Origin: a virus
IMG/VR virus record: IMGVR_UViG_3300035703_000080
Span: 3,850-67,849 of that record
Strand: one strand, 5' to 3'
DNA length: 64,000 nucleotides
Of the stretch, positions 34,093 to 43,123 are shown one piece after another (the stretch's first letter is position 1; every line of letters begins with the position of its first letter). The notes under the pieces are model-generated. The model was not told the DNA's origin. It was given only the letters and a program-made list of their open reading frames with translations, and did not search any database. Both the position numbers and the translations under genes were made by a program.

Positions 34093-34395
34093 CTAGGCTA
34101 TGAGCGTCCACTCGTTCTTGCCCGTCTTGCGGTATGTGGTCACCCACTCCGTTTCTTCCTCTTCCGGGCGGCACTTCCGCGTCACTTCGTACAACGACCC
34201 GACAGGGGCGAGCGCCAGCATGGCGAGGGCTTCTTCCCTCGATGCGTGGTCTTGCGGGCCTTTGGAGGTGATGACCTCCATCGGCAGTGCCGTTTCTTCG
34301 CCCTCAGGCGTGTGCAGCACGCCGTACTGGCGGTCGCTGTACAGGTAGCCGCCTGCGTACCGCTGTGGCAGCGGCAGGTTTTTGGTCATGAGCAT
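34093..34395 (-). CDS. Hypothetical early protein
   Basis: SD GGAG; between two palindromes. Confidence 0.55.
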   Translation of the reverse strand: MLMTKNLPLPQRYAGGYLYSDRQYGVLHTPEGEETALPMEVITSKGPQDHASREEALAMLALAPVGSLYEVTRKCRPEEEETEWVTTYRKTGKNEWTLIA

Positions 34396-34785
34396 GGCTT
34401 TCTCCAACAGCACGCCGCTCCCGACGGGAGCATCAAGCGCACTCGCAAGGGGGACACGTGTCCCCCTTAGCGGCTACGCTCAGAACTCGTAGTCTTCCAG
34501 CGCCGCAGGCGCATATCCGCCCACGGGTTCGCTCTCGTAGACAGGTAGATCGCACATTTGTGCAGCCTCTTGCGGCAGTTCTTGCACAGGCAGTTTTCCG
34601 CCGTTGTGCACGAAGCGCGTGGCGTAGTAGAGAACGTCCACTTCACTCTCCTTTGCAGGGCTGTGCCCTGACGTACGGACAGCGCCCGTCGGGCGCGTCA
34701 CATCCGCACTGGTCTGCGCCCCGTAGGACGCAGCACCGCTGCGGACGCAGCGATGATGGGGGGACATCGCGTCCCCCCTGAGGGA

Positions 34786-35181
34786 TCACTCGAACGTGAT
34801 CCCGTCCTTGACGGCCTTGAGCACGCCCGCTACTTCGGCCTTGCTCAGGCCTGCGGCCACGAGGGCCGCGATCACATCGGTGGCCACGCGGGCCACGACG
34901 CGACTCCGCACAGGCTCAGCCTTGTGCTGGCGAGAGCCACCGACGAACTCCGGGTGCGCACGGCGCAGACGCTTCAGGCGCTGGTACGCCGCAGCGTCTG
35001 CCTTGGGTAGCGTGCCGTCCTCGTTCAGGGCCGTGCCGTACTTGGCGGCGATCGCCTGGATACAGGCGGTTTCGTAGGCGGGATAGGAAACCCGCTTCGC
35101 TGCCTCTTGCAGAGCGAGCCAAGCCGTGGCGAGCGCGTCGCCGTGCGTCAGCACGGCAGCGATTGCAGTCTTCAGAGACAT
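34786..35181 (-). CDS. Hypothetical early protein (first gene of the leftward arm)
   Basis: SD-like GAAGGT; between two palindromes. Confidence 0.6.
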   Translation of the reverse strand: MSLKTAIAAVLTHGDALATAWLALQEAAKRVSYPAYETACIQAIAAKYGTALNEDGTLPKADAAAYQRLKRLRRAHPEFVGGSRQHKAEPVRSRVVARVATDVIAALVAAGLSKAEVAGVLKAVKDGITFE

Positions 35182-35603
35182 ATGAGATACCTTCCGATCA
35201 TGGGGGACATTGTGTCCCCCCAGCGTACACGACGCTGGCACGTCGAGAGCGAAGTGCTCTCATAAGTAGTGCTACCCCCCTGCCGAGGGGGTCAAAAGCC
35301 CCTGCTGCGGCGACCCCACCCCGCCCCACCACCCCCCTGTGTAGGGCTGATACGCGACATAATATAAACACTAATCCACAACCATAATCACAATTTTTAC
35401 AAAAACGGCAGTTTTCATAAAAACACAAAACAAAAATTCTAAAAAACACAAAATTACAAACCAAAAAATACACAAATAAAATTTCTACAAAAATTCTACA
35501 AAAATACCTTACACACTGTCTAGTGTTTGACACGTATGCAGAAAAAAATCCCGGGGAGCAAGCTCAACCCGGGCCAAGGCACAGAAGCCTTTGTAGTATA
35601 GGC

Positions 35604-35632
35604 TTGCGACGCGCGGGTTGCAACGCTACACT
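35604..35632 (+). promoter_or_regulatory. Sigma70-like promoter for packaging genes
   Basis: TTGCGA-N17-TACACT, about 40 nt before ATG 35670. Confidence 0.45.
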
Positions 35633-35669
35633 GCGCGCACTGGGGCGCTTTGACGCGGCCCTGCGCCAT

Positions 35670-36275
35670 ATGCTGGAACACCTCCTCGATTTCGAACCGC
35701 CCATTGAAAGCCCCGACCGTGTAGTGCCGGTGACACAGGTGTCTGCGCCAGAACTTGTAGCCGCTCAACAGGGCACCGTGGACTGGCTGGCTTCTCTGGG
35801 CGCGCCTACCGAAGCCTCTACCGACGCACAGCTTGCCGCTGCGCTGGCACAACAGGCCTTTACGGCGGTCACGACGTCGACTCCGACGCCCGATCAGCAC
35901 GCTGCGCTGTTGCAGTTGAAGACGCCTCCGGCGGTGCGCCACCTTGTGGGCATGTTGACCGCCTACGACTGGGCATTCGTTGAGCAGGCGCGAGAGTTGC
36001 GCGGCTACGCGGTGTCGCAGATCTTGGAGGAGACGAAAAACCCCGACCCGCGCATCCGCTTGCGGGCGCTGGAGATGCTGGGCCGCGTCACCGAGGTGGC
36101 ACTGTTCACCGACCGGGTGGAGGTCAAGAAGACCAGCGTCAACGACGCCGAGTTGGACGCCAAGATCAAGGAGAAGTTGTCGCGGTTCATGGCGGTCACG
36201 GACGTCTCTGACGTCTCTGACGCCTCCGTCGTCTTCGACGTCTCCGACGTCTCCGCCGAGGCAGATGCCTCGTGA
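35670..36275 (+). CDS. Putative terminase small subunit
   Basis: Directly upstream of and overlapping terL; RLRALEMLGRVTEVALFTDRVEV motif. Confidence 0.65.
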   Translation: MLEHLLDFEPPIESPDRVVPVTQVSAPELVAAQQGTVDWLASLGAPTEASTDAQLAAALAQQAFTAVTTSTPTPDQHAALLQLKTPPAVRHLVGMLTAYDWAFVEQARELRGYAVSQILEETKNPDPRIRLRALEMLGRVTEVALFTDRVEVKKTSVNDAELDAKIKEKLSRFMAVTDVSDVSDASVVFDVSDVSAEADAS

Positions 36276-37825
36276 AGTTCCCTGACTTCCTGACCCCCGC
36301 AGAGGCCGCAGCGCTTCAGCGCGCGTTGCCCACGATGACGGCCAAGGAGAAGGCCGAGCTGTTCGACCTGCTGGAGGAGCGCGAGAAGCGCGCCAAGCTC
36401 AGCGCCGCCCGCACAGGTCTGCTGGGCTACGCCCACGCCATCTACCCGGGGTTCAAGGAGGGGCCGCATCACCGCAAGCTGGCGCAGATCTTCGACGCCG
36501 TGGTCAGGGGCGAGAAGACACGCGTGATCATCAACATCGCGCCTCGCATGGGCAAGTCGGAGTTCTCCTCGTACCTGTTCCCGTCGTACTTCCTCGGACG
36601 CTTCCCCGAGAAGAAGATCATCATGGGCACGCACACGTCGTCGCTCTCGGAGGACTTCGGGCGCCGGATCAGAAACCTCATCGAGACCGAGGACTACCAG
36701 CAGATCTTCCCCAGCACCCAGGTGGCTGATGACCAGAAGGCCTCCGGCAAGTGGTCGACCGCATCGGGCGGGCAGTACTACGCCGTCGGTGTGGGCGGCA
36801 GCATCGCAGGCCGGGGCGCGGACCTGTTCGTCATTGACGACCCGCACTCGGAGCAGGACCTGAAGGCGGGCACACGCACGCCCTTCGACGCGGCATGGAA
36901 CTGGTTCCAGACCGGCCCTTTGCAGCGCCTGATGCCCAACGGGGCGATCATCGTGATCATGACGCGGTGGTCGCAGATCGACCTCACGGGCCAGTTGATC
37001 AGCCACCAGATCAAGAACCCCGACGCCACGCCTTGGGAGATCGTCGAGCTGCCCGCCATCCTCAACGAGAACACCGCCGAGGAGAAGAGCCTGTGGCCCG
37101 GACAGTGGCCGTTGGAGCAGTTGCAGGCAAAGCGCGCAGGCATGGACCCGCGCTTCTGGCAGGCGCAGTACCAGCAGAATCCCACGAGCGAGATTGCGGC
37201 GGTCATCCGGCGCGATGCATGGCGTATATGGGAGCGTGATCAGCCGCCCAGGTGCGACTACGTCATCCAGTCATGGGACACCGCGCACGAGACCAAGACC
37301 GCTGCGGACTTCAGCGCCTGCACCACGTGGGGCGTGTGGTTCAACGAGGACGACAACAACAACGCGCACATCATCCTGCTGGACGCCATCAAGCACCGTT
37401 GGACGTTCCCGGAGTTGAAAAAGCGCGCGTTGGACTACTACAGGGAGTGGGAGCCCGACACGTGTCTTGTTGAGAAGAAAGCCGCAGGGGCGCCTCTGAT
37501 ACAAGAGCTACGCGCAACCGGCGTGCCGGTGTCGGAGTTTTCGCCTTCAAGAGGTAAAGTTGGCACAAAGACAGACAAAATGGCGCGTTTGAACTCCGTG
37601 TCGGACATGTTCATGTCTGGGCGCGTGTGGGCACCGGACACTCGCTGGGCTAAAGAGGTCATTGAGGAGGTTGCCGCGTTCCCCGCAGGGGACCACGACG
37701 ACTACGTGGACACGTGCATACAGGCCCTGATGCGCCTGCGCATGGGCGGGTTCGTCAGCCTGCCGTCTGACGTGCCGGATGAACCGCCACAATTCCGTGG
37801 GTTCAGGAAGACGGCGTACTACTGA
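36272..37825 (+). CDS. terL: Terminase large subunit
   Basis: Walker A APRMGKS, Walker B FVIDDP, MTRW, nuclease QSWDTA, VEKKAAG and HDDYVD motifs. Confidence 0.95.
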   Translation: MKFPDFLTPAEAAALQRALPTMTAKEKAELFDLLEEREKRAKLSAARTGLLGYAHAIYPGFKEGPHHRKLAQIFDAVVRGEKTRVIINIAPRMGKSEFSSYLFPSYFLGRFPEKKIIMGTHTSSLSEDFGRRIRNLIETEDYQQIFPSTQVADDQKASGKWSTASGGQYYAVGVGGSIAGRGADLFVIDDPHSEQDLKAGTRTPFDAAWNWFQTGPLQRLMPNGAIIVIMTRWSQIDLTGQLISHQIKNPDATPWEIVELPAILNENTAEEKSLWPGQWPLEQLQAKRAGMDPRFWQAQYQQNPTSEIAAVIRRDAWRIWERDQPPRCDYVIQSWDTAHETKTAADFSACTTWGVWFNEDDNNNAHIILLDAIKHRWTFPELKKRALDYYREWEPDTCLVEKKAAGAPLIQELRATGVPVSEFSPSRGKVGTKTDKMARLNSVSDMFMSGRVWAPDTRWAKEVIEEVAAFPAGDHDDYVDTCIQALMRLRMGGFVSLPSDVPDEPPQFRGFRKTAYY

Positions 37826-37835
37826 GGAGCCAGAT

Positions 37836-40265
37836 ATGGCAACGAACTTCGACCGGGCGATGACGCCCTCTCCCCTGGCGCTGCTGCCGGAGCCCAGCCT
37901 GGACGACCCGGGCATGATCGAGATTGAGATCGAGAACCCGGACAGCGTCACGGTCGGCGTGGACGGCATGGAGATCACGCTGGCGCCCGGCGAAACGGGC
38001 CCGGAGGAGTTCGGTGCCAACCTTGCCGAAACGATGCCTGAGGACGCCCTACAGGCCCTGGCGAGCGACCTGCTGGAGCTGGTGGACGCCGACATCAACA
38101 GCCGCAAGGACTGGGTCAAGGCCTACATCGACGGGCTGGAGGTGCTGGGGCTGAAGTACGAGGAGCGCACCGAGCCCTGGTCGGGCGCGTGCGGGGTGTA
38201 CAGCCCGCTGCTGGCCGAGGCGGCGATCAGGTTCCAGTCCGAGATGATCACCGAGACGTTCCCCGCGCAAGGTCCGGTGAAGACGCAGATCGTCGGGGCG
38301 ATCAACCGCCTGAAGGAGGAGGCTGCGGAGCGCGTCCGTGAGGACATGAACTACCGCCTGACCGAGGAGATGGTGTCTTACCGCCCGGAGCACGAGCGGT
38401 TGCTGTTCTCCCTGGGCCTTGTCGGCGCGGCATTCAAGAAGCTCTACAAGGTGCCCGGGCAGAAGAACCCCGAAGCGCCGTACATCCCCGCAGAAGACCT
38501 CATCATCCCCTACGGCGCGGCCAACGTGTACGTCGCCGAACGCGTGACGCACATCATGCGCAAGACCAAGAACGAGGTCAAGAAGCTGCAAGTGGCGGGG
38601 TTCTACCGCGACGTGGAGCTGGGCGAGCCTGAACACATCGTCACCGACATCGAGAAGAAGAAAGCCGAGGAAGAGGGCTACGCGCTCAACGAGGACAACC
38701 GGTACCAGTTGCTGGAGATCCACGTCGACTACGACATGCCCGGGCATGAGGACGAGGACGGTGTGGCGCTGCCCTACGTGATCACGCTGGAGCGCGGCAC
38801 GCAGCAGATCCTGGCCATCCGGCGTAACTGGGACGAGGACGACGAGACCCACCAGAAGCAGCAGCACTTCGTGCAGTACACGTACATCCCGGGCTTCGGG
38901 GCGTACGGGCTGGGCTTCTTCCACATCATCGGCGGCTACGCGCGCGGCGGCACGTCCATCATCCGGCAACTGGTCGATGCGGGCACGCTGAGCAACCTGC
39001 CCGGGGGGTTGAAAGCCAGAGGACTGCGAATCAAAGGGGACGATACCCCCATCGCCCCGGGCGAGTTCAGGGACGTCGACGTGCCCTCCGGCGTGGTGCG
39101 CGACAACATCATGCCGCTGCCCTACAAGGAGCCGTCGCAGGTGCTGGCGGGCCTGCTGGAGCGCATCACGGACGAGGGGCGCAGGCTTGCAGCCATCGGG
39201 GACTTGAAGGTCTCCGACATGTCCTCCGAGGCGCCCGTGGGCACCACGCTGGCGCTGCTGGAGCGCCAGCTCAAGACGATGAGCGCCGTTCAGGCCCGGG
39301 TCCACGCCAGCTTGCGGATGGAGTTCAAGCTCCTGAAGAAGCTCATCCGTGACGACACCCCGCCCGATTACAGCTACGAGCCCGAAGGGGCCACGCGCAG
39401 GGCCAAGCAGAGCGACTACGACATCGTTGAGATCATCCCGGTCAGCGACCCCAACGCGGCCACGATGGCGCAGCGGATCGCGCAGTACCAAGCCGTGTTG
39501 CAGCTCGCGAGCAGCGCGCCGCAGATCTACAACATGCCGCAGCTCCACCGAGGGATGCTGGAGGTGATCGGGATCAAGAACGCCGACAAGCTCGTCGCCT
39601 TGCCGGAGGACCAGAAGCCGCAGGACCCGGTCACCGAGAACATGCACGTGCTCATGGGCACGCCCGTCAAGGCGTTCGTGTACCAAGACCACGAGGCGCA
39701 CATCATGGTGCACCAGTCGTTCATGCAGGACCCGAAGATCGCCGCCACGCTGGGTCAGAACCCGATGGCGCAGCAGATGATGGCCGCGCTCATGGCGCAC
39801 ATCGCGGAGCACACGGCGTTCGCGTATCGCGCGCAGGTCGAGCAGGCGCTGGGGGTGCCGTTGCCCGCGCTGGACGAGGACTCTCAGGCGCCCATCGCCC
39901 CGGCGGACGAGAAGGCCCTGGCCCCGCTCATCGCCGCTGCCGCGCAGCGCACGATGCTCCAGAACCAAGCTGCTGCCGCCCAGATGCAGGCCCAGCAGCA
40001 GGCGATGGACCCGACGGTCCAGATGCAGATGCAGGAGCTTCAGCTCAAGGCGCAGGAGTTGCAGCGCAAGGAGGCCGACAGCCAGCGGGACTTTGCGATT
40101 TCGCAGCAGAAGCTCCAGCTTGAGGGCCAGCGCCTCGCGCTGGACGCGCGCAAGGAGGGTGCACGGCTCCAGTCCCAAGAGCGACAGGGTGACAAGCGCA
40201 TCCAGGCGGACATGGTCAAGAGCATGATGAAGCCGCGCCCGCAGCCTAAAGGACCGGCCAAATGA
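37836..40265 (+). CDS. Portal protein
   Basis: Follows terL; ~810 aa; RQLVDAGTLSNLPGGLKARG motif and Gln-rich coiled-coil C-terminus typical of podovirus portals. Confidence 0.85.
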   Translation: MATNFDRAMTPSPLALLPEPSLDDPGMIEIEIENPDSVTVGVDGMEITLAPGETGPEEFGANLAETMPEDALQALASDLLELVDADINSRKDWVKAYIDGLEVLGLKYEERTEPWSGACGVYSPLLAEAAIRFQSEMITETFPAQGPVKTQIVGAINRLKEEAAERVREDMNYRLTEEMVSYRPEHERLLFSLGLVGAAFKKLYKVPGQKNPEAPYIPAEDLIIPYGAANVYVAERVTHIMRKTKNEVKKLQVAGFYRDVELGEPEHIVTDIEKKKAEEEGYALNEDNRYQLLEIHVDYDMPGHEDEDGVALPYVITLERGTQQILAIRRNWDEDDETHQKQQHFVQYTYIPGFGAYGLGFFHIIGGYARGGTSIIRQLVDAGTLSNLPGGLKARGLRIKGDDTPIAPGEFRDVDVPSGVVRDNIMPLPYKEPSQVLAGLLERITDEGRRLAAIGDLKVSDMSSEAPVGTTLALLERQLKTMSAVQARVHASLRMEFKLLKKLIRDDTPPDYSYEPEGATRRAKQSDYDIVEIIPVSDPNAATMAQRIAQYQAVLQLASSAPQIYNMPQLHRGMLEVIGIKNADKLVALPEDQKPQDPVTENMHVLMGTPVKAFVYQDHEAHIMVHQSFMQDPKIAATLGQNPMAQQMMAALMAHIAEHTAFAYRAQVEQALGVPLPALDEDSQAPIAPADEKALAPLIAAAAQRTMLQNQAAAAQMQAQQQAMDPTVQMQMQELQLKAQELQRKEADSQRDFAISQQKLQLEGQRLALDARKEGARLQSQERQGDKRIQADMVKSMMKPRPQPKGPAK

Positions 40266-40450
40266 ACGTGTTCGAGGCGGCGCTCAAAGAGATCGTATGG
40301 AAGCGTCAGTCGCTTGAGACGGCGCTGTGCGGGGGTCAAGCAGAAGACTTTCCCGCATACAAAGGACTCGCAGGGGAAATCCGAGGTCTTTCCTTTGCCG
40401 AGATGGTAATCAACGACCTTGTGCGTAAATTGGAGAATGGCGATGAGTGA
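40262..40450 (+). CDS. Small conserved head-module protein
   Basis: Overlaps the portal stop; YKGLAGEIRGL motif. Confidence 0.7.
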   Translation: MNVFEAALKEIVWKRQSLETALCGGQAEDFPAYKGLAGEIRGLSFAEMVINDLVRKLENGDE

Positions 40451-40844
40451 ACTGCTCCTAGCGGATGCAGAGGGGAGTACGTCTGTTTTGCCTCAAACTG
40501 ACGCCGAAAAGGCACGTCAAGTGCCCGATCCGGCGACCTACCACATTTTGTGCATGGTGCCAAAGGCAGAACAGGAGTACGAGAGCGGTCTGGCCAAGGC
40601 CGGACAGACGATGCACTACGAAGAAGTGCTGTCACCCGTGCTGTTCGTGGCCAAAATGGGCCCGGACTGCTACAAAGACCCCCTGCGCTTCCCTTCCGGG
40701 CCGTCGTGCAAGGTCGGAGACTTTGTGCTCGTGCGTCCGAACTCGGGCACTCGACTGAAGATCCACGGAACCGAGTGGCGGATCATCAATGATGACTCCG
40801 TCGAAGCGGTGGTTCAAGACCCGCGCGGCATCAAGCGCGCATAA
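40443..40844 (+). CDS. GroES-like co-chaperonin
   Basis: VAKMGPDCY...CKVGDFVLV...G..L.I.G.EWRIINDDSVEAVV matches the Cpn10 pattern. Confidence 0.75.
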   Translation: MSELLLADAEGSTSVLPQTDAEKARQVPDPATYHILCMVPKAEQEYESGLAKAGQTMHYEEVLSPVLFVAKMGPDCYKDPLRFPSGPSCKVGDFVLVRPNSGTRLKIHGTEWRIINDDSVEAVVQDPRGIKRA

Positions 40845-40854
40845 GGAGTAGGAC

Positions 40855-41790
40855 ATGGCTGATTTCAAGTTCCCTGACGAGCAGGAAAACGACAAGGCTG
40901 AAGCCAAAGTCGACTACGAGGTCGAAGGCGACACCGAGATCGAGGTCATTGACGATACGCCGCCGGAGGACCGGGGCCGCACGCCGATGAAGGACCCCCC
41001 GCCGGAGGTGACGGACGAAGAGCTGGAGCAGTACGGCGACAGTGTGCGCAAGCGCATCCAGCACCTCTCCAAGGGCTACCACGAGGAGCGCAGGGCCAAG
41101 GAAGCGGCGCAGCGCGAGCGCGATGAGGCGGCGCGACTGGTCAACTCGCTGCTCAACGAGAACAAGAAGCTCCAGGGCACGGTGGGTCAGGGGCAGCAAG
41201 TGCTCGTCGAGCAGGCCAAAAAGGTCGCCCAGACCGAGTTGGACGAAGCCAAGCGCAAACTCAAGGAGGCGCACGAGGCGTTCGACACCGACGCCATCAT
41301 CGAGGCGCAAGAGGCCCTGACGGCGGCAAAGATGCGTGTAGAGCGCATCAACAGTTTCAAGCCCGCCCCTTTACAGCAAGGTCAAAATGCGGTACAACCC
41401 GCACAGCAGCCCCCGGCGCAAGCGCCACAACAGCAGCTCGACCCCAAAACCAATGCGTGGATGCAAGCCAATCCTTGGTTCGGGAAAAACAAGCGGCTGA
41501 CGGCCTTTGCGATGGCGCTGCATGAAGAGCTTGTGGAAGAAGGCGTCGACCCTCGGGATGATGCATACTTCCAACGGATCGACTCAGAGCTGCGCGACAA
41601 CTTCCCGAGCGCGTTTTCCTCGGTGAAGAAGCCAGCGAAGGCGTCCGTGGTGGCACCGGCCACGCGCAGCACAGCGCCCAAGAAGATCGTGCTGACGCAG
41701 TCGGCGCTTGCCCTTGCAAAGCGGCTCGGCTTGACGCCGGAGCAGTATGCCCGCGCGGCAGCAGAGGAAATGAGGAAGCAAAATGGCTGA
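40855..41790 (+). CDS. Scaffolding protein
   Basis: Acidic coiled coil upstream of the capsid gene; ends AKRLGLTPEQYA. Confidence 0.75.
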   Translation: MADFKFPDEQENDKAEAKVDYEVEGDTEIEVIDDTPPEDRGRTPMKDPPPEVTDEELEQYGDSVRKRIQHLSKGYHEERRAKEAAQRERDEAARLVNSLLNENKKLQGTVGQGQQVLVEQAKKVAQTELDEAKRKLKEAHEAFDTDAIIEAQEALTAAKMRVERINSFKPAPLQQGQNAVQPAQQPPAQAPQQQLDPKTNAWMQANPWFGKNKRLTAFAMALHEELVEEGVDPRDDAYFQRIDSELRDNFPSAFSSVKKPAKASVVAPATRSTAPKKIVLTQSALALAKRLGLTPEQYARAAAEEMRKQNG

Positions 41791-42238
41791 TCGTACCCCC
41801 CGTGATCTGGACACTCGTGCGCGAACCGAGCGTCCTCGCCAATGGGTTCAACCCGATCTTCTGCCGAGCCCGACCCCTCAAGAGGGGTACGAGTACCGGT
41901 GGATTCGCCTGAGCACTTTGGGCACGCATGACCCGAAGAACATTTCTTCCAAGATGCGCGAAGGCTGGGAACCTGTCAAAGCAGCCGACCACCCCGAACT
42001 CATGATGGCTGGGAACAACGACAATCCTCGTTTTCCTGACTGCGTCGAGATCGGCGGGTTGATGCTCTGCAAAACCCCCAAAGAGTTCGTTCAACAGCGC
42101 AATGCCCACTTTCAACGCATGACTGACGGGCAGATGCACTCTGTTGACAATTCGTTGATGCGCGAGAACGACGCCCGCATGCCGCTGTTCAATGAACGGC
42201 GCTCGGAGGTGAAGTTCGGACGTGGTGCAGCAAACTAG
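41783..42238 (+). CDS. Conserved head-module protein
   Basis: YRWIR...MREGWEPV...IGGLMLCK motif; operon position. Confidence 0.7.
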   Translation: MADRTPRDLDTRARTERPRQWVQPDLLPSPTPQEGYEYRWIRLSTLGTHDPKNISSKMREGWEPVKAADHPELMMAGNNDNPRFPDCVEIGGLMLCKTPKEFVQQRNAHFQRMTDGQMHSVDNSLMRENDARMPLFNERRSEVKFGRGAAN

Positions 42239-42247
42239 GAGTTCTAG

Positions 42248-43111
42248 ATGTCTTACCCCTCTGTTGATCGGCCTTACGGCCTGATTCCGCAGAACCTGAT
42301 CGGCGGACAAGTCTTCGCAGGTTCGACGCGGATGATCCCGATTGCCTCCGGCTACACCACGGGTGTGTCGGGCGGCGGTCTTTTCTTCGGTGACCCGGTG
42401 AAGTTCACCAACACCGGCACGCTGATCACCTCTGGTCTGGCGTACAACTCGGCTGCGGCGGAGACGGGCGGCACGCTCGGCATCTTCCTGGGCTGTGAGT
42501 ACACCCAGGCGGGCGGTCCGATCTACGGCAAGCTGCGGTCCCAGTACTGGGCCAACGGCACGGTCGCCCCCGACGCCGTGGCTTACGTCTGCGATGACCC
42601 CGACGTCGTCATGAAGGCGGCGGTGATCAGCTACACCAGCGGCTCGACCATCACTGCCGGTGCGGTCAGCGCCCTGTCCCTGGGCACGAACGTGTCCACG
42701 ATGGCCACCAACACCGCCAACACGGGTGTGAACGCCAACACGGCGGGCAACTCCAACGTCGGCGTGATGGGCGGCTCGACCAACGCCCGCCTGCTGACCA
42801 CGACCCCGTTCCGCATCGTCCAGTTGGTGGAAGACACCAAGATGGTCACGCAGTCCATCGGGACCACGACCAGCGGCAGCGCCTCGGTCACGCTGGCAGC
42901 GGCCAACGCCGACATCCGCACGGGCATGCTCGTGACGGGCACTGGTGTTCCCGCAGGCACCACCGTCAACGCGGTCTCCGGCACGTCGGTCACTCTGTCG
43001 GCCAACGCCTCCGCTTCCGGCACCGTCACGCTGACCTTCGTCGGCTACCCCGAAGTGCTGCTGAAGTGGAACTTCGGCTACCACGCCTACCAAGTCGCCG
43101 TGGCGATCTGA
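42248..43111 (+). CDS. Putative capsid decoration/minor head protein
   Basis: Immediately precedes the capsid gene; Thr/Gly/Ser-rich beta protein. Confidence 0.65.
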   Translation: MSYPSVDRPYGLIPQNLIGGQVFAGSTRMIPIASGYTTGVSGGGLFFGDPVKFTNTGTLITSGLAYNSAAAETGGTLGIFLGCEYTQAGGPIYGKLRSQYWANGTVAPDAVAYVCDDPDVVMKAAVISYTSGSTITAGAVSALSLGTNVSTMATNTANTGVNANTAGNSNVGVMGGSTNARLLTTTPFRIVQLVEDTKMVTQSIGTTTSGSASVTLAAANADIRTGMLVTGTGVPAGTTVNAVSGTSVTLSANASASGTVTLTFVGYPEVLLKWNFGYHAYQVAVAI

Positions 43112-43123
43112 GGAGTCTGAATC

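Larger units (their letters stand above)
26463..35221. repeat. Dispersed family of 14 palindromes GGGGGACA-NN-TGTCCCCC
   Basis: Copies start at 26463, 26843, 28493, 28999, 29669, 31321, 32112, 33151 (4 C), 33629, 33825, 34064, 34449, 34758 (variant) and 35202 (3-nt centre). Confidence 0.95.

Noticed and set aside
26463-35221. Palindrome family as a CRISPR array
   Set aside because: Spacing is irregular (about 200-1650 bp), the intervals are whole genes, the repeat is only 18 bp, and no cas operon is present.
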